A DNA stretch of 24,000 bases from Treponema lecithinolyticum ATCC 700332 (GTDB lineage Bacteria > Spirochaetota > Spirochaetia > Treponematales > Treponemataceae): positions 124,967 to 148,966 of the forward strand of contig NZ_KI260569.1 in assembly GCF_000468055.1 (NCBI RefSeq). Reading direction: 5' to 3'. Of this stretch, positions 1 to 7,652 are shown in pieces. The notes beneath the pieces are model-generated. The model saw nothing but the letters and a program-made list of their open reading frames with translations, made no database searches and was not told the origin of the DNA. The position numbers and the translations under genes were made by a program. How positions within the stretch are numbered: the first letter of the stretch is position 1; the number at the start of each line of letters is the position of its first letter.

Positions 1-754
1 TCATATATTGCAGCGTTTTTTCGCTCAAATTACGGTCGGTAAGCACACGTGTTTTTGAATGCAAAGGATACAAAGTCAGTTCATAGTTGTCGTATTCTTT
101 CGGCAGCACCCGGATTTCGGAAATAGCCGAAAAATATACCGCATTCGTTTTTTGAATCTCGGCGATTTGCTCCAAAAGCGATCGGAATTTAGTGTTTACC
201 CTCACGCCGTCGCCAAGCGAATCCAATTCCAAACCCGTTATAAGGGGTACGGAAGACGAAGCACTTGCCGCATTCGACTTAAATAGTACTCCATTTTTGT
301 CGATTTGAACAGATACCGTCTTGCCTTCAATTTGCACAAAGCTTATGGCAACGGGTACGCGCTCTTTTACCGTTACAAAAATTCTGTTGGGAAAACGTTT
401 TTCCACCGACACGCTTTCTACCGAACCGTAAGAAGCTATTTGAGAGGCGGCAAGAGCGGTATCAAAGCCTATCCACTGCGTACCGCAGCGAAGCGACAGG
501 GTACGCCCCAATTCGGAAGCTTGCAGCGTTTTTAAGCCGCTAAAAGTAACTTGTACTTCGTTTAAGCAGGGAATTACCACCAAATAAATGATGCCCTCAA
601 TTAAAAGAACTGCGCCGAGCAAACACAGCAAAAGTTTTAAAACCTTTGTTTTTTCCTTGTTTTTGCGCCGCTGATGAGCGCGCTCGGCAGTTTCAACCGG
701 CGCACGGTACAGTTCAAAATCTTCAAAATCGGAATATGCGTAATTGTTACTCAT
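1..754 (-). CDS. ftsQ: Cell division protein FtsQ/DivIB-like, N-terminal 251 codons (C-terminus lies beyond the left edge)
   Basis: Absent from the ORF track because no stop lies inside the window. Hand translation of the minus strand from ATG 754..752 stays open to position 2: MSNNYAYSDFEDFELYRAPVETAERAHQRRKNKEKTKVLKLLLCLLGAVLLIEGIIYLVVIPCLNEVQVTFSGLKTLQASELGRTL...SVESVSVEKRFPNRIFVTVKERVPVAISFVQIEGKTVSVQIDKNGVLF... This gives a basic cytoplasmic tail, one TM helix, then a POTRA-like pattern. The ATG overlaps the ftsW stop (ATGAGTAA, 8-nt overlap), and the gene sits in the canonical dcw position after ftsW. Confidence 0.7.
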   Translation of the reverse strand, partial: MSNNYAYSDFEDFELYRAPVETAERAHQRRKNKEKTKVLKLLLCLLGAVLLIEGIIYLVVIPCLNEVQVTFSGLKTLQASELGRTLSLRCGTQWIGFDTALAASQIASYGSVESVSVEKRFPNRIFVTVKERVPVAISFVQIEGKTVSVQIDKNGVLFKSNAASASSSVPLITGLELDSLGDGVRVNTKFRSLLEQIAEIQKTNAVYFSAISEIRVLPKEYDNYELTLYPLHSKTRVLTDRNLSEKTLQYM

Positions 755-1904
755 ACAAGATTTCCGCCTCTTCTTCGTTTTTATATCGGGATACGTTTAT
801 TAAAATACCGCACAGGCATAAAGTTATCAGTATTGAAGAGCCGCCGGATGAAAAAAACGGCAGCGGGATTCCGGTAGCCGGAAGCAAACCGCTTACAACG
901 GCAATATTGACAAGCGATTGCATAACGATGGCAAGGGCACAGCCGAATGCCGTTAAGCTTTTAAAACGGTCGGTACACGCAAAAGCGATTGCAAAAGAAC
1001 GATAGGCAAAAAAACCGAGCAGTACCATATACAGCACCACACCTATAAAACCCATCGCTTCTGCCCAGCCGGCAAAAATAAAGTCTGCTTGTACTTCAGG
1101 TATAGCATTAATCCGTTCCATTCCGCCGAAGCCTTGACCGAAAAAACCGCCAGCGCTGACAGCTCTGCGAGACACTATAATTTGATAGTTAAGTCCGTTT
1201 ATGTCGAATTCGGGGCGCAAAAATGCAATAAGCCGGTTAACGCGGTACGCTTCGGTAAAAATAAAAAGTACGCTTATCGGAACGGCAAACAAAGCGAATA
1301 TAGCAAACCAATATATTTTAACGCCGGCTATAAAAAACATAATAAGACCGGTTAAAAGCAAAAACACTGCAGTGGAAAAATCGTCTTGCAAAAATACTAT
1401 CAGTACAAAAGCAAATAAACCGACCGCCGCAGGATACACCGACAACATGGGATTGTCGAGCCTGTCATGTTTTTTTTCGAATAAATTCGCTAAAAACAGT
1501 ATAACCGCAAGTTTTGCCGCTTCGGAAGGCTGAAATGTGGAAAACAGAGGAAGCCGTATCCAACGGCGCGCTCCGTTGCGCTCCACTCCGATACCGGGCA
1601 AAAAGGTAAGCAAACACAGTATAAAAATGCTTATTACCAAAACGGGAAGTATTTTGCGTAGTACGGCGGTATCCAATTTGGCAAATACAAACAAAAATAC
1701 GAAACCGAGCGCTATACTTATCGATTGGCGTTTGATAAAATACAAGGGATCGCCGAATATGCGAGATGCGTAACTTGCAGAAGTAATGTACAGCGTTATT
1801 AAACCCAAACCGAGCAGTAAAACAATGGATGCGGCAAGACCTGAGTCCGTGCGCATAATACCGACGGGGCGCTGCGCCGATATAAAAAAGTTATTTACGC
1901 GCAT
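747..1904 (-). CDS. ftsW: SEDS-family peptidoglycan glycosyltransferase FtsW (FtsW/RodA/SpoVE family)
   Basis: 385-aa polytopic membrane ORF with family-typical stretches (RWIRLPLFSTFQPSEAAKLAVILFLANLF, FIFAGWAEAMGFIG, LPATGIPLPFFSSGGSS). Its start overlaps the murF stop by 10 nt. The dcw context supports FtsW over RodA. Confidence 0.9.
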   Translation of the reverse strand: MRVNNFFISAQRPVGIMRTDSGLAASIVLLLGLGLITLYITSASYASRIFGDPLYFIKRQSISIALGFVFLFVFAKLDTAVLRKILPVLVISIFILCLLTFLPGIGVERNGARRWIRLPLFSTFQPSEAAKLAVILFLANLFEKKHDRLDNPMLSVYPAAVGLFAFVLIVFLQDDFSTAVFLLLTGLIMFFIAGVKIYWFAIFALFAVPISVLFIFTEAYRVNRLIAFLRPEFDINGLNYQIIVSRRAVSAGGFFGQGFGGMERINAIPEVQADFIFAGWAEAMGFIGVVLYMVLLGFFAYRSFAIAFACTDRFKSLTAFGCALAIVMQSLVNIAVVSGLLPATGIPLPFFSSGGSSILITLCLCGILINVSRYKNEEEAEILYE

Positions 1905-3391
1905 TCTTTTACCCCCTCGTTAAACAGCACGGCAAGTCGTTCAAGACGCAAAGAACGCGATGCTTTAATTAACACCAAATCCCCGCTGTGCGCCAGTGAC
2001 TGTAATAAAGAGGCGTTTTCAGCGCAAGCGGCTTGGTCGGCACAAGGTATAACAACAAGCTTTTTACCGCCGCCGTAGTTTTGTACCGACGGGCAAGAAG
2101 CAAAATTTGCCCCCACAAAAACAAGCGTTTGCGCGCTGCACAAAAGCGCATAAGAGGCAATTTTTTCGTGTGCGGCGGCGCTTTCGTTTCCGAGTTCCAT
2201 CATATCGCCCAATATCAGCATTTTTTTACCCTGCCACTCCAGCGAATCAAAAAACTCGACGGCAGCCGCCATAGAATCCGGATTTGCATTATAACAATCG
2301 CGGACAACGGTTATATCGCCTTTTAAAATCTCGGTTCTGCCGAACAAGGGACGTACGCTTTGCAAACCCGCTTGTATTTGTTCCGGCGTTAAACCGAAAA
2401 AATCGCCTATTGCAACGGCGGCGCATGCATTTTTAAAATTATGGGAGCCGCACAGCGGAAAATCTATGCGTAACCCTTTGTACGTAAAGCGCGTTCCTTC
2501 AAGAGCGCACGGGCACACGTTTTCGATGCCGTAAACGGCGGAAGGACCGAACTTGTGCACGGTTCCCAACACGCCTTTTGTTAAAAAATCTTTATACGGC
2601 TCGTCCGCATACACAAAAGCGTTGCACTCGCTTGTAAAATTAGAAAAGATTTGTTTTTTTTGCTCAGCTATTTTATCCGTGCTGCCGAGAATACCGATAT
2701 GGGCGGTACCTATGTTTGTAATAAGCGCAGTTTGAGGAAAAAGCACATCGGCAAGTTCTTTGATTTCTCCGGCACGGTTCATGCCCAATTCAAACACGCC
2801 GATTTCGTGTTCTTTTTTTATGCGGAACACCGAAAGCGGCAATCCCGTTTCGGAATTAAAGTTACCCTCATTCATTATTACGTTATAGCGCTGCGAAAGA
2901 ACGGCAGCCACGCACTCTTTTGCCGTCGTTTTACCGTTTGAACCGGTAATGCCGATTTTTTGCAAACGCGGAAATTTGCGCACATAGCAAGCGGCAGCTT
3001 TTTGCAAAGCATGCATCGTGTTTTTAACTTCAATAACATACACGCCTTGCTGCGCAAGTTTTTTATACAGGACTTCAAACGACGAAAGAGAAGAGTTTTG
3101 CACCAAAATAACGGAAGCACCTTTTTGAGCGGCTTCGGCGACATATTCGTGACCGTCACATTTTTCACCGATTAACGGAACAAACAGCGTATTTTTTTCT
3201 ATCGCTCTGCTGTCCGTCGAAACTGAGGTAAAACAAAACTGCAGACTCTGCTCTTTTTTAGGCATATCAGAGGCACCGAGTACATCCGGCGAAGCGGATG
3301 CATTCGCCATCAGCCCCGGCAAAGCAAAAAGACTGCCGTCGACTGCAAAGAGAAGTTCATCCAAACTAAGCAAAGAACACGCTTCGCTCAT
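1895..3391 (-). CDS. murF: UDP-N-acetylmuramoyl-tripeptide--D-alanyl-D-alanine ligase MurF
   Basis: 498-aa ORF with Mur ligase hallmarks: VSTDSRAI, P-loop GITGSNGKTT, TNIGTAHIG, DCYNANPDSM. The ATG abuts the stop of the upstream ftsL-like ORF (TGAATG). Confidence 0.9.
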   Translation of the reverse strand: MSEACSLLSLDELLFAVDGSLFALPGLMANASASPDVLGASDMPKKEQSLQFCFTSVSTDSRAIEKNTLFVPLIGEKCDGHEYVAEAAQKGASVILVQNSSLSSFEVLYKKLAQQGVYVIEVKNTMHALQKAAACYVRKFPRLQKIGITGSNGKTTAKECVAAVLSQRYNVIMNEGNFNSETGLPLSVFRIKKEHEIGVFELGMNRAGEIKELADVLFPQTALITNIGTAHIGILGSTDKIAEQKKQIFSNFTSECNAFVYADEPYKDFLTKGVLGTVHKFGPSAVYGIENVCPCALEGTRFTYKGLRIDFPLCGSHNFKNACAAVAIGDFFGLTPEQIQAGLQSVRPLFGRTEILKGDITVVRDCYNANPDSMAAAVEFFDSLEWQGKKMLILGDMMELGNESAAAHEKIASYALLCSAQTLVFVGANFASCPSVQNYGGGKKLVVIPCADQAACAENASLLQSLAHSGDLVLIKASRSLRLERLAVLFNEGVKECA

Positions 3392-3718
3392 TCAGCGCCC
3401 TCCCTTCTTTTTTTGAGAATCTTCTCCGATACGTACTTGCACGCGTACTATTTCATCGCTTTGTGCCGGATGCATATCCAAATCTTCAATTGCGATTTTT
3501 TCTATACGCGACGAAGAAGACAATACGCCGATATCGGTTATCAATGTTTTATTGCTTTCGATAAGATCGTTTTGTGTTTTTTCAAGATTTTTAAACTGCC
3601 GTTCAAGCTGCATATAGCGGTGCCCCTGAAAACTTTGAATTGCGAGCAAAGCGGGTATACACAAAGCAAGCAGCATAAAAGCAGCGTCTTTACAAAATAA
3701 CTTTATACGTTTCAACAC
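3392..3718 (-). CDS. ftsL: FtsL / septum-formation-initiator-like small bitopic protein
   Basis: It has one TM helix (AAFMLLALCIPALLAIQSF) followed by a coiled-coil-like segment (QLERQFKNLEKTQNDLIESNKTLITDI), and it lies between rsmH and murF. The ORF-track start at 3802 would overlap rsmH by 77 nt. A GGAG (3726..3723) overlapping the rsmH stop is followed by GTG 3718 and TTG 3715, and I prefer one of these as the start. Confidence 0.55.
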   Translation of the reverse strand: MLKRIKLFCKDAAFMLLALCIPALLAIQSFQGHRYMQLERQFKNLEKTQNDLIESNKTLITDIGVLSSSSRIEKIAIEDLDMHPAQSDEIVRVQVRIGEDSQKKKGGR

Positions 3719-3725
3719 AAAACTC

Positions 3726-4694
3726 CTATAATTTACATATACAGCGCAGTTTTGCGCTGCGCGACGGCGGATTTTTTTGTATTTCGTCCGCATCGGCGGC
3801 AACCGGCTTACGGGTAAGAGAGCGCGCTTTTGTTTTGCCCCCGCATTTACATATCGGCTGTTCCGGCGGACAAGTACAGTGTTTCTCCAAATCCTTAAAA
3901 TACCGTTTTACGATTTTATCTTCCAAAGAATGAAAGGTTATTACCCCCATTTTTCCGCCTGTTTTTAAAACGGCAAAAGCGTCGCTCAATGCTTGTTCCA
4001 ACTTATCCAATTCACCGTTTACCGCTATGCGCAGCGCTTGAAAAGTTTTTGTAGCAGGATGAATAAAACCGTGCCGGTATGCGCCCGGTACCGCTTGATA
4101 CACACATTCTGCCAATTGTTTTGCCGTAATAAAGGGAGCACAGCGGCGGTGCAATACAATTGCTTTAGCTATACGCCTGCTGTAACGCTCTTGTGCAAAA
4201 TTAAACAGCACATCCGCCAATTCGTTTTCATTTAAACCGTTTACCAAATCGGCAGCGTTTTTTTCCTGTTCCGGATTAAGGCGCATATCGAGTTTTTCAT
4301 CGCTGCGGAACGAAAAGCCGCGCCCGGAACATTCATAGTGAAACACAGATATTCCCAAATCAAATAAAATAATATCGGGTCGCGCCAAAGAAGAAGGATA
4401 CTGTGCATAAAAATCGGTAAACCACCCGTTATAAAACGACATCCTGTCACCGAAAACACTTAAGCGCTCGCGGGCGCGTTTTTGAATTTGAGCGTCCGCA
4501 TCCAAACCCATAATACGAAGCGAGGGAAAACGATTTAAAAAAGCAAAAGAATGACCGCCCTCACCCAAAGTAGAATCTATCATAAGGGGAGTATCGCACG
4601 CGGCAGTACCGTTGACTTCGGGAGACAAAAGCTCCAGCGTTTCTTTAAGAAGAACCGGTGTGTGAACATACTGTGTATTTTCAGTTGCGGTCAT
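3726..4694 (-). CDS. rsmH: 16S rRNA (cytosine1402-N4)-methyltransferase RsmH (MraW)
   Basis: 322-aa ORF with HTPVLLKE, the SAM-binding motif DSTLGEGGHS, FDLGISVFH, ITFHSLEDKIVK and PSRSAKLR. It follows mraZ with a strong SD (GGGGAGGGG). Confidence 0.92.
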   Translation of the reverse strand: MTATENTQYVHTPVLLKETLELLSPEVNGTAACDTPLMIDSTLGEGGHSFAFLNRFPSLRIMGLDADAQIQKRARERLSVFGDRMSFYNGWFTDFYAQYPSSLARPDIILFDLGISVFHYECSGRGFSFRSDEKLDMRLNPEQEKNAADLVNGLNENELADVLFNFAQERYSRRIAKAIVLHRRCAPFITAKQLAECVYQAVPGAYRHGFIHPATKTFQALRIAVNGELDKLEQALSDAFAVLKTGGKMGVITFHSLEDKIVKRYFKDLEKHCTCPPEQPICKCGGKTKARSLTRKPVAADADEIQKNPPSRSAKLRCICKL

Positions 4695-4721
4695 GCCGCT
4701 TCCCCTCCCCGTTTTGCGAGC

Positions 4722-5165
4722 CTACAAGTGAATGGCGCTTAAGCCTTCGGCAGCTTCTTTAAAGCTTAAATCGGTTTCCGCTAAATACTGTTCGTAACGC
4801 TCGGCGTCCCACAGTTCCATATATTTATTCACTCCCATAATCACACAATCTTTTACCAAGCCCGCATGCTCGCGTAAGCTTTGCGGAATGGACAATCTTC
4901 CGGCTTTATCGAATTCGACTTCTTGTGCCGGAGCAATTAAATGGCGCAATACCAAGCGGGAATCTTTATTAAACGGAGAAGCGCTTTCCATTAACTTTTG
5001 GGAAAAATTCTTCCACTCGCTGCTCGTATACAGCCACAAACAGCCGTCGAGTCCCTGCGTTATCATGAGAACATTTTCCGTTAATACAGTACGCAAACGC
5101 GCCGGAAACAAAATCCGGCCTTTTTCATCAAGCGTATTGCGGTACTCACCCGTCAGCAATTCCAT
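4722..5165 (-). CDS. mraZ: Transcriptional regulator MraZ
   Basis: Two SpoVT/AbrB-like halves each carry the DxxGR signature (LDEKGRILFPARLR and FDKAGRLSIPQSLR). I place the start at ATG 5165 (MELLTGEY...), which matches typical MraZ N-termini. The ORF-track GTG at 5180 is one of the upstream GTGG repeat cores. Confidence 0.9.
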   Translation of the reverse strand: MELLTGEYRNTLDEKGRILFPARLRTVLTENVLMITQGLDGCLWLYTSSEWKNFSQKLMESASPFNKDSRLVLRHLIAPAQEVEFDKAGRLSIPQSLREHAGLVKDCVIMGVNKYMELWDAERYEQYLAETDLSFKEAAEGLSAIHL

Positions 5166-5166
5166 G

Positions 5167-5200
5167 CCACACTCTACCACTTATTACCACTAATTACCAC
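5167..5200 (-). promoter_or_regulatory. Array of four GTGG boxes at exact 10-bp phasing (putative MraZ operator)
   Basis: In minus sense the sequence reads AAAAA-GTGGTAATTA-GTGGTAATAA-GTGGTAGAGT-GTGGC-ATG. Cores are at 5200, 5190, 5180 and 5170. MraZ proteins are known to bind direct G-rich repeats with 10-bp periodicity upstream of mraZ. Confidence 0.55.
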
Positions 5201-5208
5201 TTTTTAAC

Positions 5209-5237
5209 ATTCTATCCCAAAAAAAGCCGAATATCAA
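5209..5237 (-). promoter_or_regulatory. Sigma70-type promoter of the dcw cluster (TTGATA-17-TAGAAT)
   Basis: In minus sense, TTGATA (5237..5232) is followed by a 17-nt spacer and TAGAAT (5214..5209). A T-rich (UP-like) tract lies upstream, and the first GTGG box begins 8 nt after the -10. Confidence 0.45.
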
Positions 5238-5274
5238 CTTAAAAACAAAAAAAAGTTAAAAAAAAACAAGAGTA

Positions 5275-5303
5275 TTTACATTTCAAACATACAGATGTAT
5301 AGT
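5275..5303 (+). promoter_or_regulatory. Sigma70-type promoter TTTACA-17-TATAGT, 6 nt before ATG 5310 (leaderless layout)
   Basis: TTTACA is at 5275..5280, the spacer is 17 nt, and TATAGT is at 5298..5303. AGTATT then precedes ATG 5310. The track's ATG at 5295 lies inside the spacer. Confidence 0.4.
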
Positions 5304-5309
5304 AGTATT

Positions 5310-6026
5310 ATGATAAATACATACAATGAGTCTTCTTTGCATAAAAAGTTTAAAATTGCGGCGGCACAAAAATATAAGGGAAAGACAGAACAAAGCGTCG
5401 GTCAATACATTTGCGATGTTGCAACCGGCGACGGAACGGTAATAGAAATACAAACGGGAAGCTTTAAACATATATGTGCCAAGCTTGCCGATTTATTAAA
5501 AACACATCGGGTACATCTTATACATCCGATTGCATGCGAAACATATATAGAATATTACGACAGAAACGGCCGCCTTTTGTCGCGCCGCAAAAGCCCGGTA
5601 AAGCGCGGTATCTACCACATCTTTGACGAACTGACCGCACTGTATGCGCTATTGCCGCATACAAGCTTTTCGTTCGAAGCGGTTGAAACGTCAGTGGTAA
5701 AAAAGCGCATAAAAACCGCCGAACCGGTACAGTCGGCGAACAAAAGGCGGCGCTATAAAAAAGCATGGCTTGCTTCAGATACGGACATAGAACATTTTGG
5801 AAAAAGCCGCATTTTTTATACTTTAGACGAGTACCTTGAGTTTTTACCGAAAAATCTTCCGCCGCAATTTTGTACAAAAGATGTGTATGCCCTTATTAAA
5901 GAGCCGGCGGCGGGCGTAAAGCAAATAAATGAAATGCTGTGGTTGTTTCGAAAACTGAACCTTGTTGCGCGCATCGGAAAGCGCGGAAACGGATTTATAT
6001 ATTCGAAGATTAAAACAGGGATTTAA
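5310..6026 (+). CDS. Hypothetical protein with a PD-(D/E)XK-type nuclease-like N-terminal core (E-x-Q variant) and a possible C-terminal winged helix
   Basis: The ORF is 238 aa from ATG 5310. The motif pattern is E..(8)..D..(9)..ExQ in TEQSVGQYICDVATGDGTVIEIQTGSF, followed by HRVHLIHPIA. This resembles the CoiA/Rpn-type variant of the restriction-endonuclease fold. The basic C-terminal third (LWLFRKLNLVARIGKRGNGFIYSKI) looks wHTH-like. The function is not established. Confidence 0.6.
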   Translation: MINTYNESSLHKKFKIAAAQKYKGKTEQSVGQYICDVATGDGTVIEIQTGSFKHICAKLADLLKTHRVHLIHPIACETYIEYYDRNGRLLSRRKSPVKRGIYHIFDELTALYALLPHTSFSFEAVETSVVKKRIKTAEPVQSANKRRRYKKAWLASDTDIEHFGKSRIFYTLDEYLEFLPKNLPPQFCTKDVYALIKEPAAGVKQINEMLWLFRKLNLVARIGKRGNGFIYSKIKTGI

Positions 6027-6033
6027 AAACAAA

Positions 6034-6072
6034 AACCCGACTATAAAACCGCTCGGGTTTTGCAGTCGGGTT
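6034..6072. terminator. Bidirectional hairpin between convergent genes
   Basis: AACCCGAC (6034..6041) pairs with GTCGGGTT (6065..6072). A nested inner helix forms between AAAACC (6045..6050) and GGTTTT (6056..6061). A/T runs lie on both flanks. Confidence 0.5.
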
Positions 6073-6102
6073 CTTTATCGAAGTGAGGGATGTCCGGTAA
6101 TT

Positions 6103-6834
6103 TTACCAGTTATCCATCATATCGTAGGGGTCGCGGTTTTCAAAAGCATACATATCGCTTATAGCCCGCAAATCATCGAAGTAAATATAGTAAGTACCGA
6201 AAGCAAATTCGGGGTTGCAGTCAACACGGAATCCTACCACCGAAAGTCCGGGACGGCTGCTAAAATATGCGCTGTCTTGTACAATACCGTGTTTGCCGTC
6301 CGGAGAAGGCGGAATTGCTACCACCATTTGTTTCCAGCCCGTAAATGCCAAAGTTCCCATATACAATTCAAAGTTGTTGCCGAAAAAGTCCTGCACAAGC
6401 AAAGTAAGCGTATGGTTTTGATTGCGTCCTGCAACCCACACCGATACCGTTTTTGCAACCCCGTCGATTGCTAAAGGCTGCGAGGGAGTAATAAAAAACG
6501 AATTGATACCGCGGCGGAAAAATTCAACTTTTGCGCCGTATGTGCGTTTATCGGATACGGCTTGTTCACCGGAACCGGAAGAAACCGTGCTTTTTGCTTC
6601 AGGGTCGGGACCGCCTTCAAAAAAACGTCCGGTAATAATACCGTAGTCGGGGGACATTTTTACGTTCCACGATCCTTCGCGTTCAAACAAATCGATCGAT
6701 ACTTCACGAAGCGCAAAGTTTGCCGAATCCGCTCCCACAATCGTCGGATCGGGGGCAGTTAAGTCTGCGTTTTGCGCATACACAAGCGCCGCCGTACAAG
6801 CGACAGCCGCTATAAGAATAATCAGTTTTTTCAT
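6103..6834 (-). CDS. FlaA-family (flagellar filament outer-layer/sheath-like) secreted protein, short paralog 2
   Basis: 243 aa with a signal peptide (MKKLIILIAAVACTAALVYA-QN). The core LLVQDFFGNNFELYMGTLAFTGWKQMVVAIPP matches the spirochaete FlaA signature (..RD..G..H......L.F.GWK.L....P). Its ATG shares a base with the upstream gene's stop (TGATG). Confidence 0.72.
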   Translation of the reverse strand: MKKLIILIAAVACTAALVYAQNADLTAPDPTIVGADSANFALREVSIDLFEREGSWNVKMSPDYGIITGRFFEGGPDPEAKSTVSSGSGEQAVSDKRTYGAKVEFFRRGINSFFITPSQPLAIDGVAKTVSVWVAGRNQNHTLTLLVQDFFGNNFELYMGTLAFTGWKQMVVAIPPSPDGKHGIVQDSAYFSSRPGLSVVGFRVDCNPEFAFGTYYIYFDDLRAISDMYAFENRDPYDMMDNW

Positions 6835-7589
6835 CAGTTCGTTCCCCCGTTTGTGTTTACGGCGTTCAAATCGATATTCCGCAAATTAAATCCGTCGTAC
6901 ACATTGGACAGCGTATTTGAAGAGTATCTGACTTGATCAAAATAAATTAAAAAGTCGTCTACATATTCTTTCGGATCCGTTCTAATACGGAAACCGACAA
7001 AGGTCATTTCTCTGGGAGCGGTGCGGAGACGGGAACGCTGGGGAATCCACGACGGAACACGTACTACTACGTTTTTCCAGCCGTAAAAATTCAAATTGGC
7101 TGCAGGAAGTACGTGAACCCTGCCGGTTGTATCGCGCACAAGTACATCCAAATAGTACAAATAATTTGCTCCCCATACCCAAAAATCGAGTTGCAGTACG
7201 CTTCCTTTAAAAGGAACTTCGTAGGGAGTCATCGTACCGTCTTCGGCTTTTTTTTGCGGATACAGTTCAACCCAGTTATTGCCTTTGCGCTGGAATTTGA
7301 CCTGCAAACCGAGTACTTGCGGATCGGGATCGCCTTCTACTCTGTACAGCTGCAGAGAATTGGGGATACCGGGAACGTATGCCATTTTAGGGTATACTTC
7401 ACCTTCTTCTTCATTGACGTATATCAATTTGCTCGCTTGAACAGCCCACGACCAATCCTGACTATCGGGTACGTCAAAGTTATCGATTAAAATCGTCTCA
7501 ACGCTTTTCGCATTTGGCTGGGCAGACAGCGGCAGACAAACACATAAAGCAAGTACAAGACTTACACAGACCAAACCGTAATGTTTCAT
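6834..7589 (-). CDS. FlaA-family (flagellar filament outer-layer/sheath-like) secreted protein, short paralog 1
   Basis: 251 aa with a signal peptide (LALCVCLPLSA-QP). The core YLYYLDVLVRDTTGRVHVLPAANLNFYGWKNVVVRVPSWIP aligns by eye with the FlaA conserved block. It is shorter (~250 aa) than canonical ~350-aa FlaA. Confidence 0.75.
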   Translation of the reverse strand: MKHYGLVCVSLVLALCVCLPLSAQPNAKSVETILIDNFDVPDSQDWSWAVQASKLIYVNEEEGEVYPKMAYVPGIPNSLQLYRVEGDPDPQVLGLQVKFQRKGNNWVELYPQKKAEDGTMTPYEVPFKGSVLQLDFWVWGANYLYYLDVLVRDTTGRVHVLPAANLNFYGWKNVVVRVPSWIPQRSRLRTAPREMTFVGFRIRTDPKEYVDDFLIYFDQVRYSSNTLSNVYDGFNLRNIDLNAVNTNGGTN

Positions 7590-7652
7590 CCAACAACTCC
7601 TTTTCTCAGTATCTTAGGAAAAAAGACATTCATATATAACTATATCGGCATA

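Noticed and set aside
59-1005. Plus-strand ORFs 59..286, 305..535, 646..1005 and 674..877 from the track
   Set aside because: They lie antisense to the continuous FtsQ-like and FtsW frames. Their products are Arg/Lys/Phe-rich with no motifs, so they are shadow ORFs of the minus-strand genes.
3200-3391. About 30-aa insertion in the MurF N-terminal domain (ALPGLMANASASPDVLGASDMPKKEQSLQF) relative to E. coli MurF
   Set aside because: It lies in a loop-like region before the TDSR motif and all catalytic motifs are intact. It is most simply a lineage-specific insertion and cannot be evaluated further without alignments.
3719-3802. ORF-track start of the ftsL-like gene at 3802 (77-nt overlap with rsmH, basic N-terminal extension MPPMRTKYKKIRRRAAQ...)
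   Set aside because: The extension is read from the antisense-independent +1 frame of the rsmH C-terminus. A GGAG followed by GTG/TTG directly after the rsmH stop gives a conventional coupled start and a typical ~105-aa FtsL-like size.
7642-7649. Sigma28-like -10 element GCCGATAT (minus sense) upstream of the FlaA-like genes
   Set aside because: No TAAA-type -35 lies at the required 15-16-nt spacing. The octamer sits immediately downstream of a perfect sigma70 -10 (about at the predicted transcription start), so a FliA promoter is not supported by sequence alone.
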